Shown here piece after piece: positions 1-13,279 of a DNA stretch of 64,000 bases. The position numbers and the translations under genes were made by a program. Below the pieces are notes generated by a model that made no database searches, was not told the origin of the DNA, and saw nothing but the letters and a program-made list of their open reading frames with translations. The number at the start of each line of letters is the position of its first letter. The first letter of the stretch is position 1. The stretch lies in assembly GCA_052327205.1 (NCBI GenBank), contig CM126215.1:77438001-77502000 (forward strand), written 5' to 3'. The stretch is from Somniosus microcephalus. Its lineage: Eukaryota.

Positions 1-22
1 CAACATATTTTGAGAAACCACT

Positions 23-160
23 ATGTCCAATTCCAAGGCAAGAGCCTCCCCGAGGCTCTCGGATGAGGCGCTGCAAAAGTTGTTTGAGGGGGTGACAGCT
101 AGCAGGGAGGTGCTCTTCCACTCATCTGGGAGGAAGAGGCCTGCCAAAGAAACCTCTGTG
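23..160 (+). pseudogene. Harbinger Myb/SANT-like DNA-binding protein, N-terminal fragment
   Basis: RASPRLSDEALQKLFEGVTASREVLF..GRKRP matches the start of the Myb/SANT-like domain seen again at ~23900 and ~57400. Confidence 0.75.
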
Positions 161-443
161 AGTACAGCTGGCAAGGGATATAACCTCCAGATCTGTGTGC
201 AGATTGGGAGAATGTTTATGTGTATTGATGAAATGCCAGCCCTGTTAGAAAGCATTAAAATGATTTGAAGCCAAAATGTTGGCGTTATGGCATCTGTTCT
301 TTCGCCTTAGGCAGCTCCACATTGTGGCGTCCACCACACTTGCGTTGTCAGGTTGGTGGCCTGAGTGAAAGGAGGCCAGAGAGTCAAGTCCATTGTCAAT
401 GATGTCCTAGGATGGAGCCAAGGACATGTGCCAACTTGGGAAC

Positions 444-1706
444 CTATGCAAATCTGGCCAGGGTAAGTACATCCCTTGCATCCCGGGCAGCCATGTGCTC
501 GCGTGCTGCCGCTGGTCGATACACCGGCACTCTGACCTCCTCCTCCTGCTCCTGCTCCTCCTTCTGCTCCTCCTCCTCCTCCTCCAGATCCTCCTCATCC
601 TCATCTGAGGAGGGCTGGAACTGAGCCGATTGCTCATCAGGAAGCTGCAAGCCACGACGCTGTGCCATGTAGTGCAGTGCACAGCAGACCACGACCATTC
701 TGGAGACCCTGTATGGTGTATACTGCAGGGCTCCACCTGATCGGTCAAGGCAACGGAAGCACATCTTCAACAACCCAATGGTTTGCTCGTTGATGGACCT
801 GGTCGAAGTGTGGCTGGCGTTGTAGTGCTCTTCAGCCTCGTTAGCTGGCCTATTGATTGGCATCATTAGCCACTTCTTCAGGGGGTAGTCTTTGTCACCA
901 AGGAGCCATCCGTTAAGTTGGTTTGACAGATTGAAAAGCGGAGGAACATTAGAGTGCCGCAGGATGAAAGAATCATGGCAACTTCCACAGAACTTGGCAC
1001 AAACATGCAAGAACTCCTTCTTGTGGTTACACACCAGCTGAATGTTGAGGGAGTGGAAGCCCTTTTGGTTGACAAAGATAGCTGGGTTGTTATGGGGTGC
1101 CCTAAGGGCCACATGTGTGCAGTCTATGACGCCCTGCACCATTGGCATGCCTGCCATATTTGCAAATCCAACCAAACGGGTGGTTATACTTGCTTGATCC
1201 CTTGTGAACTGGATGTAATTGTGGGCCTTAGCAAAAAGGGCATCGGTAACCTGCGTGATGCAACTGTGGGCGACCGACTGGGAGATGCCACTGATGTCTG
1301 CTGATGATCCCTGGAAGGAGCCTGAAGCAAAGAAGTTGGGTGCGGTCGTGACTTTGACAGCCACTGGTAAGGGGTGTCCACCCGTTCCTCTGGGCACCAG
1401 GTCTTGCAGCAACAGTCCGCAGATCTCTCGGACAACCTCTCGCGAAAGTCTCAGCCTCCTTTGGCACTGCTGCTCACTCATGTTGAGGTAGCTCATCCTT
1501 TGTCTGTAAACCCTCTATCGGGGGTATCTCCTGCGGCGAGGTGCCTCGATGCGCTGGTGCCTTCTGCCCTGTGCAGCATCAGGTGGCTGAGCAGGAGGTT
1601 GGGTCTCCTGCTGCTGTTGCTCCTGAACTGTCTGGTTCTGATGCTGCTGTGGATGCTCCTCATCCTCATCTGAGGTCCATGCAGAAAGAAAACAAATGGT
1701 TCCCAT
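444..1706 (-). pseudogene. Harbinger (HARBI1-like) DDE transposase with one in-frame stop
   Basis: Motifs [47 protein letters not shown]; ORFs 1515-1772 and 444-1496 share a frame, separated by TAG at 1515-1517. Confidence 0.9.
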
Positions 1707-2202
1707 GCTGTTTGCAGATGCCTCCTTTGGGGAAGCGCTCATTAAAATGTTGATTGAGTCAAGCTGCAGCACCTCCGACTTCGGAAGGCCTTCTAAAAGT
1801 GCTCAGAGACCTTTTAAAGCCAAGGTCTGGCACCTGCAAGTAATCCTTGCTGCAATAAACAATGTCTTGTTAGACCTGCAGCTGTGAGGAGGCCACCCAC
1901 GAGTCAACCCATCAGGTTTACCTGCCGTAGTTCAGGAGGTGCATGGCGCACAGCAAAATTGTCGAAAAATCACGAGGGCCTCTCAAAATAGGCTTAGAGA
2001 GGCCCTTAACCAGCATTTAATGATGACAAGTATCTCTATAGCCAGCTGGAGGCGGGACCGTTTCCCGACCTCCAAAACAAGCACCGGCAAAATCCCGCGG
2101 AGGCGGGTTGGAGGCGGGTTCTGAACCCGACCTCTGTGAATCTGATTTTCCCGCCTTTCCCGCCTCCAAACCCACTTCCTCCGATGGCAGAAAATCGCCC
2201 CC

Positions 2203-2415
2203 ATAGAATAGTTGCAGCACATAAGGAGGCCATTCAGCCCATCGAATCTGCACCGGCTCTTTGGAAGAACAATCCAGTTAGTCCCACTTCTCTGCTCTTT
2301 TCCCATATCTCTGCAATTTTTTCTCCTTCAAGTATTTATCCAATTCCCTTTTGTAGGCTACTATTGTGGCTGTTATTGCATCCATCATCCTATTAGGTAG
2401 TGCATTCCAAATCCA
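2203..2415 (-). mobile_element. CR1 LINE 3' end fragment
   Basis: CATAGAA...GGAGGCCATTCAGCCCATCGA matches the CR1 3' UTR at ~25640. Confidence 0.75.
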
Positions 2416-5289
2416 ATTTCTATGATTCTATGATTTAAATAAATGATCCTTGTCATGGCTAAAGCAGATCTGCTACTGAATCTGATTGTCCAGTTACATT
2501 ACAAGTTTAGCATTGCTCCAAAGTGGTTCTGGCTTTATATTAGACACTAAACTTCTCTAGTAAGAACCATTTATCAAGGCCCGCACCGACTCTGAAGCAA
2601 AGCAGAGTGAGACCACCCCCCCCCCCCCCCCCACTGCCACTTCAGGGCGTCTCATTCAGTGCTGACTCTGGATTTAGGCTGCATTTACATCATAACTGCA
2701 GTGCCGGTGTTAAGTGAAAGAACCTCGCACGGATACAACATTGTAGTGTAAATGCACCCTGTGACAAGGTAGAAGCCATTATTCCCCATTGGAGAACCTT
2801 TATTCCTCTTCCTCCTATGGCAGGTAAATTAGATGATGCACTTAAAAGTGAAGTATTACAAACCATTGCCTCAAGGAACCCAAACCTCCATTAAAATGTC
2901 ATGATGATCTGGAAAAGTGAATTGATTTTCAATGAAAAATTAGTGGTTCCTAATTTGGACTAAAGACCGCAAATTGAACTTATTGCTGTCTTATTTCTGT
3001 AACTGTCATGCAAGTGACAAGCTTATATTTTCAAGCATCCTATAGTCTCTTGCTGGATTTGCCCATTAAACCTGCTGCAGAAATTTAGGACTTATGCTTA
3101 ACAGCGTAAGTTCCCTTTTAACAACGTGATAATTATTAATGCAATGCCAATCAACGCCTTTGGCTAAGAAATTGAACAATTTAAACTGCTGCCTCACTCC
3201 TGCATATGGTCAATTCTTCTTAGAGATTTAAAAATGTTACATTTTTTTCTTACTTTTCCTTTATGTCTCTTGTTTTCTCACTTTCTTAATCCAATCTTGC
3301 TTTCCCTCTCTTTATTTCTCTTTCTTTACCTGATTTGACTCTAATTTCATTCACTCTTATTCGTCACTCCTGTTTCTTTCTCATTGGTTAGGGAGATACA
3401 CAGTTGGTCCCGTCGTTCACTAAGGTCCCTGATGCCCCGTTGCCCGTTATCAGCCCCACTCCAGTAAGGTTTGGTCCAATGTTACTAATGTTACAGAACG
3501 TCCATTCCACTGTTCAGTATTGCCCTGTTGATTTTGGACACAATACACTTTGCAAATTTTGAGTAGTAACTATCACTATATTTGTCACATCTAAAACATT
3601 ACCAACTTTCAACCAGTTTTCAACCATTTGCATACTTCATCTTCACAACCAAAGAACATCAGTCCAAGAACCTGTTCAGACATGCAACAATCCATTCAGA
3701 ATATTAGTTATTTAGCTTTGCAAACTTCAAGAATATTGGTGATAAACAGCCAATCCGGCCCTGCATCCATTATAATTTCTGTAGATCAGTTGTGTCCATA
3801 AAAAGGCTTGACTGGGTGAGAAGGTTGTCTGGATCTTACTACTGACTGCAAATTTGCTCTTAAAATAATCATCTCCATGGGCACTTGGGTCCTGAAGCAT
3901 GCAACACTACCATGAGCACAAGTATGCCAACAAGCTCACTGGATCAGTTCATGCTCTTTCAACTGGCGTGCAAACAAAACAATTTTTACAAGCAGGCAAA
4001 GACCATTAGGCCAACAAGACTGCCCCTTTTTCATAGATCAATCTCAATCAACTGTCTTTTCACCATATTCTTCAATCCCTACTTTCTTTGGAAAGGCTTC
4101 TGATTGGTTCTAACACAGTTACACCATCTGCTTTGATGATGATCTTGTATTTATTCTACAAATCTATTGGCCCTGAACTTGCGGTCAGTATGACGGTGAA
4201 CTGTCAGAGTACGCTATCATATCGCTTTTGAAACTGTCAGTGACAGCTCCGAAACTGGATGCGTGTGCACCCGCACCCGCCCCACCCCCCAAGCTGGCAA
4301 TCAGTGAAATCTCGTGTATCATTGAAATTGATGAAAACTTCGGCTCTTCCGCAGTAATTACGCTGTTAAATTCCCCGTTAAAAGTTAGACCCAAAGGGAT
4401 TAGGTGTAACTGGGATTTTAACAGTGTACTGACTACTAAACAAAGGTTAAGGGCCTGGAAAACTAATTTTAATTTTGTGCAGTGTGAAATTTGTCCATTT
4501 TAATAAAAATTTACTTTTCTAAAGTTTTTAAAAACTTTTTTTTAAGTTTGTGCATCTTTATTTTAGGTTTAATTCTTCACACTTCTCAAATTTGTGTCCT
4601 GTTATTATTTTCTAGATCACCTATCACTGAATATCTTATCATAACTCTTCATAATTTTAAAATCTCTATCAGGTCATCCCATAACTTGCTCAGCTCCAGT
4701 GGAAAAAAACCCTAATTTCTCAAATTTCTCTTTGCAACTGTAACTTCTCATCCCTGTTAACATCTTAGTGAACCTGCACTGCATATTTTCCATTGTTTTT
4801 ATATCCTTCCTATAAAGCGGCACCCAAAACTGTGCTCATCTCCTTCACATTCCTACTGATTTGCTGTTCATTTCTAATATTTCTTGTTTTATTTTGACTT
4901 TTTGAAACACTGGGTAAAAATAGCTACGTAATTAAAATTATCCACCCTAATGCAAAGTTAATACATCAAAGTAATTCTTAACTGTACTTGGTTTGGTCTC
5001 TTCTGGTCCTGAAATTGGTTTGGAGCTCTTGCCTAGTTGGTATTCTGTAACCTCAAAAAAAACTGCTACTCAATCCAAACATATGCAAGAACAGACTCTT
5101 TTGATAATAAATTCAAATTTATGCACATATCAATGCCAAGCAAAAGTCATTTTTGGAACTGAAGGGTGGAGATCTTACTGTGAAAAGGTTTTTAGACCAA
5201 AAACAAATCTAGAATGCCAGTTAAACAAAAAAGCTAAACAAAAATCTAAACAAAAAAAAGCAGAAATACTGGTAAACCAATAACATAAC

Positions 5290-5760
5290 ACAAACCTGCT
5301 CCTCACTATATTGGAATCATTGTACGCTGGGGAACACTTGAGCATGAGTGATCATAATATCATTAAATTCAATATTGTGGCAAGGGAAAATAAAATGAAT
5401 ATACAAGGTTTCAGGAGAGCTGATTCCAAGGCCGCATGGAGCATAATGAAGAAAATAAATAGGAAAATAAATGGAAGTCAAAATGAGCATGAATGGAATG
5501 CTTTTTAAGACATATAGGAGTGCAAGTTAAATAGAAATACAAGATTAATATGAAAATGCGATCATCAATGGCTAGTAAAGAGATCAGAATAGCATAAAGG
5601 AAAAACGAGGATCTTTAAAAACAATGAAAGGATTTATAAATCGAAAAACAGTGGAAAATATGTAAAAGTAAAAGTTGCTAAAACAATAAGATAGTAAGGA
5701 GGGAAAAGACACAGCTGAAGAAACAAATTGGAAGTTAGAAAATAAAATTGTATTCCTTGG
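5290..5760 (+). mobile_element. old degraded CR1 ORF2 fragment
   Basis: GEHLSMSDHNIIKFNI endonuclease C-terminal motif followed by a decayed linker. Confidence 0.6.
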
Positions 5761-5793
5761 GTGTACTCAGGGGACAAAGAATTAAAGGATAAT

Positions 5794-5980
5794 GGATGCA
5801 ATTTTAACCTTACCCACCCATCAGGTCACGACTGTATCGGGTGCATTGCTTGTTTTAGACCCCGTCTGATTTTACTTTCTATTGAAGTCAATGGAGAGTA
5901 ATATTGGGCGGGGTGTAAAACCAGCAAACCACCCGGTCCCCTGGGTTTCCCACTTGGAGAGTTAGGTTAAAATGACCCCC
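5794..5980. mobile_element. palindromic MITE, probably Harbinger-related
   Basis: Imperfect TIRs ..ATTTTAACCT / AGGTTAAAAT..; internal symmetry centred on ATTGAAGTCAAT. Confidence 0.6.
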
Positions 5981-6623
5981 GATGCAGCATTGGATTTGAA
6001 TGTCTAGACCAGGTGCTGGCATATCACAAGCTATTCTTCACAGGTTTTTTCACCATGCTGAAAGCATATGTTCGTCATATAGCTGGTGAGGAAACACTGA
6101 GGCTTGGCACACCGATTGCTTAAAGGTGTTACCTGGAAACTGGGTGGGAGACCACATGCTTATTGTCACATTTCAAGATTTCTTTCCTATTTGGCCTAGA
6201 AGGAATTATAGTTTAATTTGTATCATGATTTTGTTATGAAGTTAAATTTGGTCTCCAAGGGGTTAACTCCCAGCAACACACAAGTTACTCAGGGTGTGTA
6301 TTAGGTCCAATAGCTGGAGGACCAATTTCAGCAGTTAATAAAATTGTGTATACTCACAATACTACATCAACTTGAGGCAATGGGATGGTTGTTAGCACAT
6401 TACAGATAGATTTGCACCTATAATGTTGGATTCGTTTCATTCAGTAAGCAGAGCAGGAGACCTAGCTGGTCAGACAATGTAGTTGGCATGACTCTCACAC
6501 TAAGAGGGGTGGTAGGTTTCTGATTTAAGGTTGCAGTTTTGATTGGCAGCTTGATGAGCCAATCCTCAACATAGACAGCTGAGGGAGGGGAAGGTGTTAA
6601 GCTTTTGGCTCTCTCTGTCTCTT

Positions 6624-6915
6624 TGGGGGGAATTTTCCCAGCCCTGAGGAGGCAGGTTTGGAGGCGGGACTGCCAAGAAAATGGCAGAAACTGGGAGCGG
6701 GTACCGACCCTGCTCCCAACCCACCTCCATGCCATCTTCCCGGGAGGCGGGTCCCCGACTTGGGCAGGGACCCATCTCCTTGAGGCAGGAAGGGGATTAG
6801 AGCCAATTAACTGCCTGTTAACAGGTAGTTAGTAGGCAGTTTTGAGGCTTTTCCCCATTTTACCCCTGCAATTGCGGGCTTCCCAACGGCTACGAACCTC
6901 GCCAGAGTCAGCAAG
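6624..6915. mobile_element. Harbinger-type terminal sequence; probable left part of an element split by the CR1 (right part ~15711-16195)
   Basis: GGGGGAATTTT...GGAGGCGGG resembles the reverse complement of the 2100-2202 end; GGGCTTAACAAG..GGAAA at ~16080 matches the Harbinger end at ~24145. Confidence 0.5.
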
Positions 6916-7800
6916 GCATCAGGAACAAGTCTGTGTCCCTGATGACCATGTGTGCGGGAAGTGTATCCAGCTGCAGCTACTGGCAGACCGCATTGCGGCG
7001 CTGGAGCTGCGAATGGATACATACTGGAGCATTCGCGATGCTGAGGACGTCGTGAATAGCACGTTTAGGGAGTTGGTCACACCGCAGGTAAAGGCTGTAC
7101 AGGCAGGAAGGGAATGGGTGACCGCCAGGCACAGTAGTAGGTGCAGGCAGGTAGTGCAGGGGTCCCCCTCTCAAACAGATATACCACTTTGTATATTGTT
7201 GAGGGAGATGGCTTATCAGGGGAAGGCAGCAGCAGCCAACTTCCCGGCACCATGGGTGGTTCTGCTGCACAGGACGGGAGGAAAAAGAGCGGGAGAGCTA
7301 AAGTGATAAGGGATTCTATTGTAAGGGAAATAGATAGGCATTTCTGCGGCCGCAAACGAGACTCCAGGTTGGTATGTTGCCTCCCTGGTGCAAGGTTCAA
7401 GGATGTCTTGGAGCGACTGCAGGGCATTCTGGAGAGGGAAGGTATACAGCCAATTGTCATGGTGCATATAGGTACCAACGATATAGGTAAAAAGCGGGAT
7501 GAGGTGCTAAAAGCTGAATATAGGGAGTTAGGAGGTAAATTAAAAAATAGGACCGCAAAGGTAGTAATCTCAGGATTGCTACCAGTCCCACATGCTAGTC
7601 AGAGTAGAAATAGAAGGATATTTCAGATGAATATGTGGCTAGAGGAATGGTGCAAGGGGGAGGGATTCAAATTCCTGGGACATTGGAACCGGTTCTGGGG
7701 AGGTGGGACCAGTACAAACTGGATGGTTTGTACCTGGGCAGGACCGGGACCGATGTCCTAGGGGGAGTGTTTGCTAGTGCAGTTGGGGAGGGTTTAAATT
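6915..7800 (+). pseudogene. CR1 ORF1 (zinc finger/coiled coil + SGNH esterase-like domain), frameshifted
   Basis: CGKCIQLQLL..IAALE; KVIRDSIVR, CLPGA, VHIGTND motifs. Confidence 0.85.
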
Positions 7801-8429
7801 AAAATGGCAGGGTGTTAGGAACCTGTGCAGGGAGACAGAGGAAAGGGAAGCAAGGATAGGAGCAAAAGACAGGAAGGAGAAAAGCAAAAGTGGAAGGCAG
7901 AGAAATCAAGGGTGTAAATCAAACAAGGTCACAGTACATAATAATTCTAAAAGGACTAAAAGTGTTAAAAAAACAAGCCTGAAGGCTTTGTGTCTTAATG
8001 TGAGGAGCATTCGTAATAAGGTGGATGAATTAGCTGCGCAAATAGATGTAAACGGATATGATATAATTGGGATTACAGAGACATGGCTCCAGGGCAACCA
8101 AGGCTGGGAATTCAACATCTAGGGGTATTCAATATTCAGGAAGGACAGGCAAAAAGGAAAAGGAGGTGGGGTAGCATTTCTGGTTAAAGAGGAGATTAAC
8201 ACAATAGTAAGGAAGGATATTAGCTCTGATGATGAGGAATCTGTATGGGTAGAGCTGAGAAATACCAAGGGGCAGAAAACGTTAGTGGGAGTTGTATACA
8301 GACCCACAAACAGTAATGCTGAGGTTGGGGATGGCATTAAATGGGAAATTAGAGACACGTGCAATAAAGGCACAGCAGTTACCATGGTGACTTAATCTAC
8401 ATATAGATTGGACTAACCAAATTAGTAAC

Positions 8430-8605
8430 TGTAGTGTCCGTGTGTTGATAGAGACACTGAAGACAGGAGTTGGTTCATAGGTGTTTACTAAGCAAAGTCT
8501 GGAGGGGTACTAACGGATATAACACAATATACAGGCTTATATAGCCCGAGTGGCCATTACCGGCATTACAGCACACATGGGGCTCTTAAAGGCACATACA
8601 CTACA
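8430..8605 (-). repeat. 3' LTR of Gypsy element 1
   Basis: Direct repeat of 13104-13279; no mismatch seen by eye. Confidence 0.97.
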
Positions 8606-8698
8606 ATTCCTCCCCTTTTAGCTAACCAGTACATCATATTTTAAGTAATTATTAATCACATATTATAAGAAAAATAATATACACATTGCTGTAGTTAA

Positions 8699-11600
8699 TT
8701 AATTATAAGTCAGTCTCTCTGGAGGCTTCCTGACTCGGTCCGGATAACGCCTCAGTGGTGTAGTCGTTTCTGGTGGTGTAGTAGGTTCTTTTGGCAAGGC
8801 TGATTCGGCTTGAATGCCAGTGTCGGGTTCATCGGGTTCCAGTATCACTGGATCGGAGGTAGATATGGGTATCTCTACTTCATCGTTAGGCGTATAGAGT
8901 TGTGGTGTAGGTTGTCCCTTTTCGGATGACTCTATGATTTGGTCAGCATGGCGCCTTATTATGCTTTCTCCGATGTCCACGGTATACATCAGTGGTCCTA
9001 GTCGTGTGCAGATAGTTCCAGGCTGCCATTTCTCGGTACGGTAGTCCCGGGCCAAAACTTGTTGACCTATCTGGAAGGTTCTAGTTGGCCTTTCATTCAT
9101 GCCTTGAAACTGCCGGTTCTCCACGTCCCTTCTGATGTTGGGCTTGACCAAATCCAGCCGGCATCTTAGGTTTCTATTGAAGAACATCATGGCGGGAGTT
9201 TGGTTGGTAACCATATGTGTTGCATTCCTGTATGCGAACAAGAAGTTATCCACCTTGTGCTGAAGTTTTATGTCTTCATTACCCATGGCCTTTATGGCCT
9301 TCTTGAAGGTCTGGACAAACCTTTCAGCCAATCCATTGGTGGCGGGATGGTATGGGGCGGACGTGTAGTGCTTAACCCCATTGTTTTTTAAGAACTTCTT
9401 GAATTCTTCGGACACAAATTGCGGTCCATTATCAGAACAGATCTGTTCCGGCAGCCCATTCCTGGCAAATATGGTTCTTAATACTGTGATGGTTTTTTCC
9501 GTGGTGGTGGAGGACATCTTTATTACCTCCGGCCACTTGGAGTGTGCATGAACCGCGATTAAGAACATTGAGTCCATAAATGGACCAGCAAAGTCGATGT
9601 GTACCCTTTGCCAGGGAGATGAGGGCCACTCCCATGGATGTAGAGGGGCTTGTGGTGGAGCGTTTTGGACCTTCTGGCATCCTAGGCAGCTCTTGGTCAT
9701 TTCTTCGATGTCTCCATCGATACCTGGCCACCATACAAACGCCCTGGCTAGGTTCTTCATTTTCACTCCACCCAGATGCCCCTCGTGAAGCTCCTTTAGC
9801 ACTTTATCCTGGAGTTTGGGTGGAATCACCACTCTGGATCCACACATCAAGGTTCCTCGGCACACTGACAGCTGTTCTCTTCTTTGCGAGAATGCTGGCA
9901 ACAGTGGTTCGCCATGTGCTGGCCATCCCTTCACTGTTAAATCGTAGACCCGTGAGAGAGTCGGGTCATTTCTTGTCTCCCTTTCAATGGCAGAATTTAT
10001 TACCGGTAGACATTCCACTATGGTAGAGTGGAACATCTCCACTGGGTCTACTGTAGGTGCCTCTTCTACCGTTGGCAACGGTAGGCGCGATAAACCATCA
10101 GCATTCCCATGCTGTTTTGATCCTTTGTATTCTATGTTGTATTGGTGTGCCCCTAGAAAAAGGGACCACCTCTGTAGCCTTTGCGCTGTCATAATGGGAA
10201 CACCCTTTTTAGGGTTGAATATGGAGATGAGGGGTTGATGGTCAGTCAACAAGGTAAATTTTTGTCCGTGTAGGTAATGGTTGAATTTCTTCACTCCCCA
10301 TACCAGGCTGAGTGCTTCCCTGTCGATTTGGGCATAGTTACGCTCAGCTCAGTTCAATGAGCATGACGCAAAAGCTATCGGCCGTTCCGAGCCATCAGGG
10401 AATTTATGCGATAATACTGCTCCTATGCCGTAAGGGGATGCATCGCACGCCAGTCTGATTGGCAGTGATGGGTTGTAATGAGCCAAAACTTCTTCGGATG
10501 TGATTAAGTCTTTGCATTTATGGAAGGCACGCTTACAGTCTTCATTCCATTTCCAAATTACTCCTGTTTGTAGCAGTTCATTAAGAGGGTGTAGAAGAGT
10601 TGATAAGTTCGGTAAAAATTTATGATAGTAATTTATTAATCCCAGGAACGACCTTAATTGTGAAACATTTTCAGGTGCTGGGGCTTTTATGACCGCTTCA
10701 ATTTTTTCAGGTGACTTATGCAACCCTTCCTTATTTATTATGTGGCCACAATATGATATTTGATTTCGGAAAAATTCGCACTTGGGGCGATTTGTTCGTA
10801 GGCCCCGTTCTCTCAGCCTAGTGAGCACCTGCTCCAAATTGGCACGGTGCTCGCTGTCATTTTCTCCTGTTACAAGGATGTCGTCCAGGTAGCATTGAGT
10901 CCCCGGAATCCCTTGGCGGACTTGCTCCATAGCTCTTTGCCAGATAGCTGGAGCGGATGCTACTCCGAAAACTAGCCGATTGTACTGGTACAGACCTTTG
11001 TGTGTATTTATCGTGAGATATTTTTTAGAGGCCTCTTCAACCTCCATCTGTAGATATGCCTGTGCCAAGTCAATTTTGGTGAAACATTTCCCTCCGGATA
11101 GTGAGGCGAAAATATCTTCTATCCTCGGAAGAGGATACTGTACCGTGTGAAGGACCGGGTTTACCGTCACCTTGAAGTCTCCACAGATGCGAATTTTTCT
11201 CTGTTCTTCAGATTTATCATTATTCAATGCTTTCTTCATGACTGGAACGATGGGTGTTGCCCACTCGCTCCAATCTATTTTGGATAATACGCCTGCATTT
11301 TCCAAATTCTCCAGCTCTGCCTCGACTGCTGGACGAATTGCGTATGGCACTGGTCTTGCTTTAAAAAACTTGGGAATTGCTGCATCTTCCACTTTTATTG
11401 AGGCGGTGATGCCTTTCAAGGTTCCTAGTTTCTCTTGAAACACTTCTTTGGCGTTGGCCAAGATGTCTTTTAATCGTTCAGGTATGATGTCATCATCGTT
11501 TTTTTCTTACTGGTCACCGTCAGTGCCTGAATGGAGTGCCAGTCTAAACGTATTTTCCTGATCCATTCACGTCCTAACAGCGGTGGGCCACCATCTTGTA

Positions 11601-12686
11601 GAATGTATAAATACAACTTTTGTATTTCCTTGCCGTTGTATACAACAGGCACCTTTATTTTTCCTTTGGGGTATACTTTCTGCCCCGTATATGTTTTTAA
11701 GATAATGGATGTGTCTTTTAAAGGTATATGCGGAAATAGCCTCTCATAATCCCGTCGATTTATTACGGCCAGAGCTGATCCTGTATCTAGCTCCATTTTA
11801 ACTGGGGACTCTGCTATCGTGAGGGTAACCCAAATGGTCTGGTAATCATCTTTGGCAAGTACTTTATGTAATTTGAGACAGCTTAGTCTCTTGTTTTTGG
11901 AGTCGCTATCGCTCTTCTGGTCTTTGGAGCTACTTTCCGTCATCATTTGTACCTTTCTGTACTTTTCTTCATTGATTTTTTTTTCCTGTCTGTGGATTTA
12001 TTTTGTCCACATCGGCATACCCGTGCAATGTGTCCAATCTTTCCGCATTGCCTGCATGCTTTGTCCTTGAACCAGCAGTCCCTCTGGTTATGGGTGGATC
12101 TGCCGCAGCGATAACATCTTTCGAAACCCTGTGTCATTTCATGGGTGCCGAAGTCCTGTGTCTTCTGTTGTATCTCTGCAGCTCCTCTTGCTGCTGCTTC
12201 GTATGATACAGCCATACTGAAAGCCTTGTCCAGTGTTAAATCTTTTTCAGAAAGCAGCCTTTTTTGTGTTCCTTCACTTAAGAGACCGCAGATGAATTTG
12301 TCTCGAAGATAATCTGCTAGTCCTGCCCCGAATTGGCAGTGTTTTGATAGCTTTCTTAATTCGGTGAGGTAATCAGCGTTACTTTCATTCTTGTGTTGAT
12401 TTCTCTTGAAGAATTTGAATCATTCTGCTATCAGCAGCGGTGTTGGGTTTAAGTGCTCCTGCAGGGTATCAACAATTTTTTAAAAATCCTTGTCCTTTGG
12501 TTTGGCTGGAGTGATTAAATTTCGTAACAGCCCGTATGCCTTTGCGCCCATTAAATTCAGCAGTACTGAAGCTTTTTTTTCATCTTCTATTCCATTTGCA
12601 GTGCAATATACCTCTACTCATTCCACATATGTGGTCCAATCCTCTATTTCACTATCAAAAGCATCAATATTGCCAGACTTAGGCAT
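8699..12686 (-). pseudogene. gag-pol polyprotein (two CCHC knuckles, protease, RT, RNase H, integrase) with 3 stops and 2 frameshifts
   Basis: CYRCG..H..C and CRQCG..GH..C; LDTGSA; YLDD; CDASPYG; ADGLSR; HHCC; HIDFAG, SDNG, GLAER. Confidence 0.95.
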
Positions 12687-13103
12687 CTTAGAAAAGATAT
12701 GGCGCTTCCCGCGCTTTTCCGCCGCTGCTGCCGATGACAACGCTGTTTCCCGCGGTTTCTGTTCTTTTTTTATTTATTTATTTACAGTTGGAGACTCGTT
12801 CCCGCCGGACTTTCTCTCTAGGTCTGAACGCCGACCTGCTTGCAGCGCCGGCCGTCTCCCGAGTGCTCCCTCCCCGTTTGTTATTGCTTGCCTCTGATTT
12901 CGCTGCTTGTCCCAGCTGTAGAGCCAGCCGCTGGAGCCCCACCCTGACGCCCAGGAAGGATTAGCGCAGTACCTGCCACCAGCTTGGCCAGCTGGTGAAA
13001 CCACAGCTTCTTTCACTTCCTTGAGTCTTCTGGACGCCCGAGGAATCGATGTCCTTGAGGTGCTGCCGAATTGCAGGTAAGTCCGTTTCCACTTCGTCGC
13101 CAC

Positions 13104-13279
13104 TGTAGTGTCCGTGTGTTGATAGAGACACTGAAGACAGGAGTTGGTTCATAGGTGTTTACTAAGCAAAGTCTGGAGGGGTACTAACGGATATAACACA
13201 ATATACAGGCTTATATAGCCCGAGTGGCCATTACCGGCATTACAGCACACATGGGGCTCTTAAAGGCACATACACTACA
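13104..13279 (-). repeat. 5' LTR of Gypsy element 1
   Basis: Direct repeat of 8430-8605, adjacent to the PBS. Confidence 0.97.

Larger units (their letters stand above)
1..2202. mobile_element. PIF/Harbinger DNA transposon (left end outside window or lost); convergent Myb/SANT remnant and transposase
   Basis: Contains both Harbinger gene types; right end ...AAAATCGCCCCC (~2202) resembles the GGG..ATTTT termini of other Harbinger ends in the window. Confidence 0.8.
8430..13279 (-). mobile_element. full-length Gypsy (Mag-like) LTR retrotransposon
   Basis: 176-bp LTRs TG..CA, TSD GTAAC (8425-8429, 13280-13284), PBS TGGCGACGAAG (tRNA-Ser-like), PPT AAAAGGGGAGGAAT, order gag-PR-RT-RH-IN. Confidence 0.97.

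Noticed and set aside
444-1496. Domesticated HARBI1 gene
   Set aside because: In-frame stop upstream, TIR-like end and paired Myb remnant indicate a transposon copy
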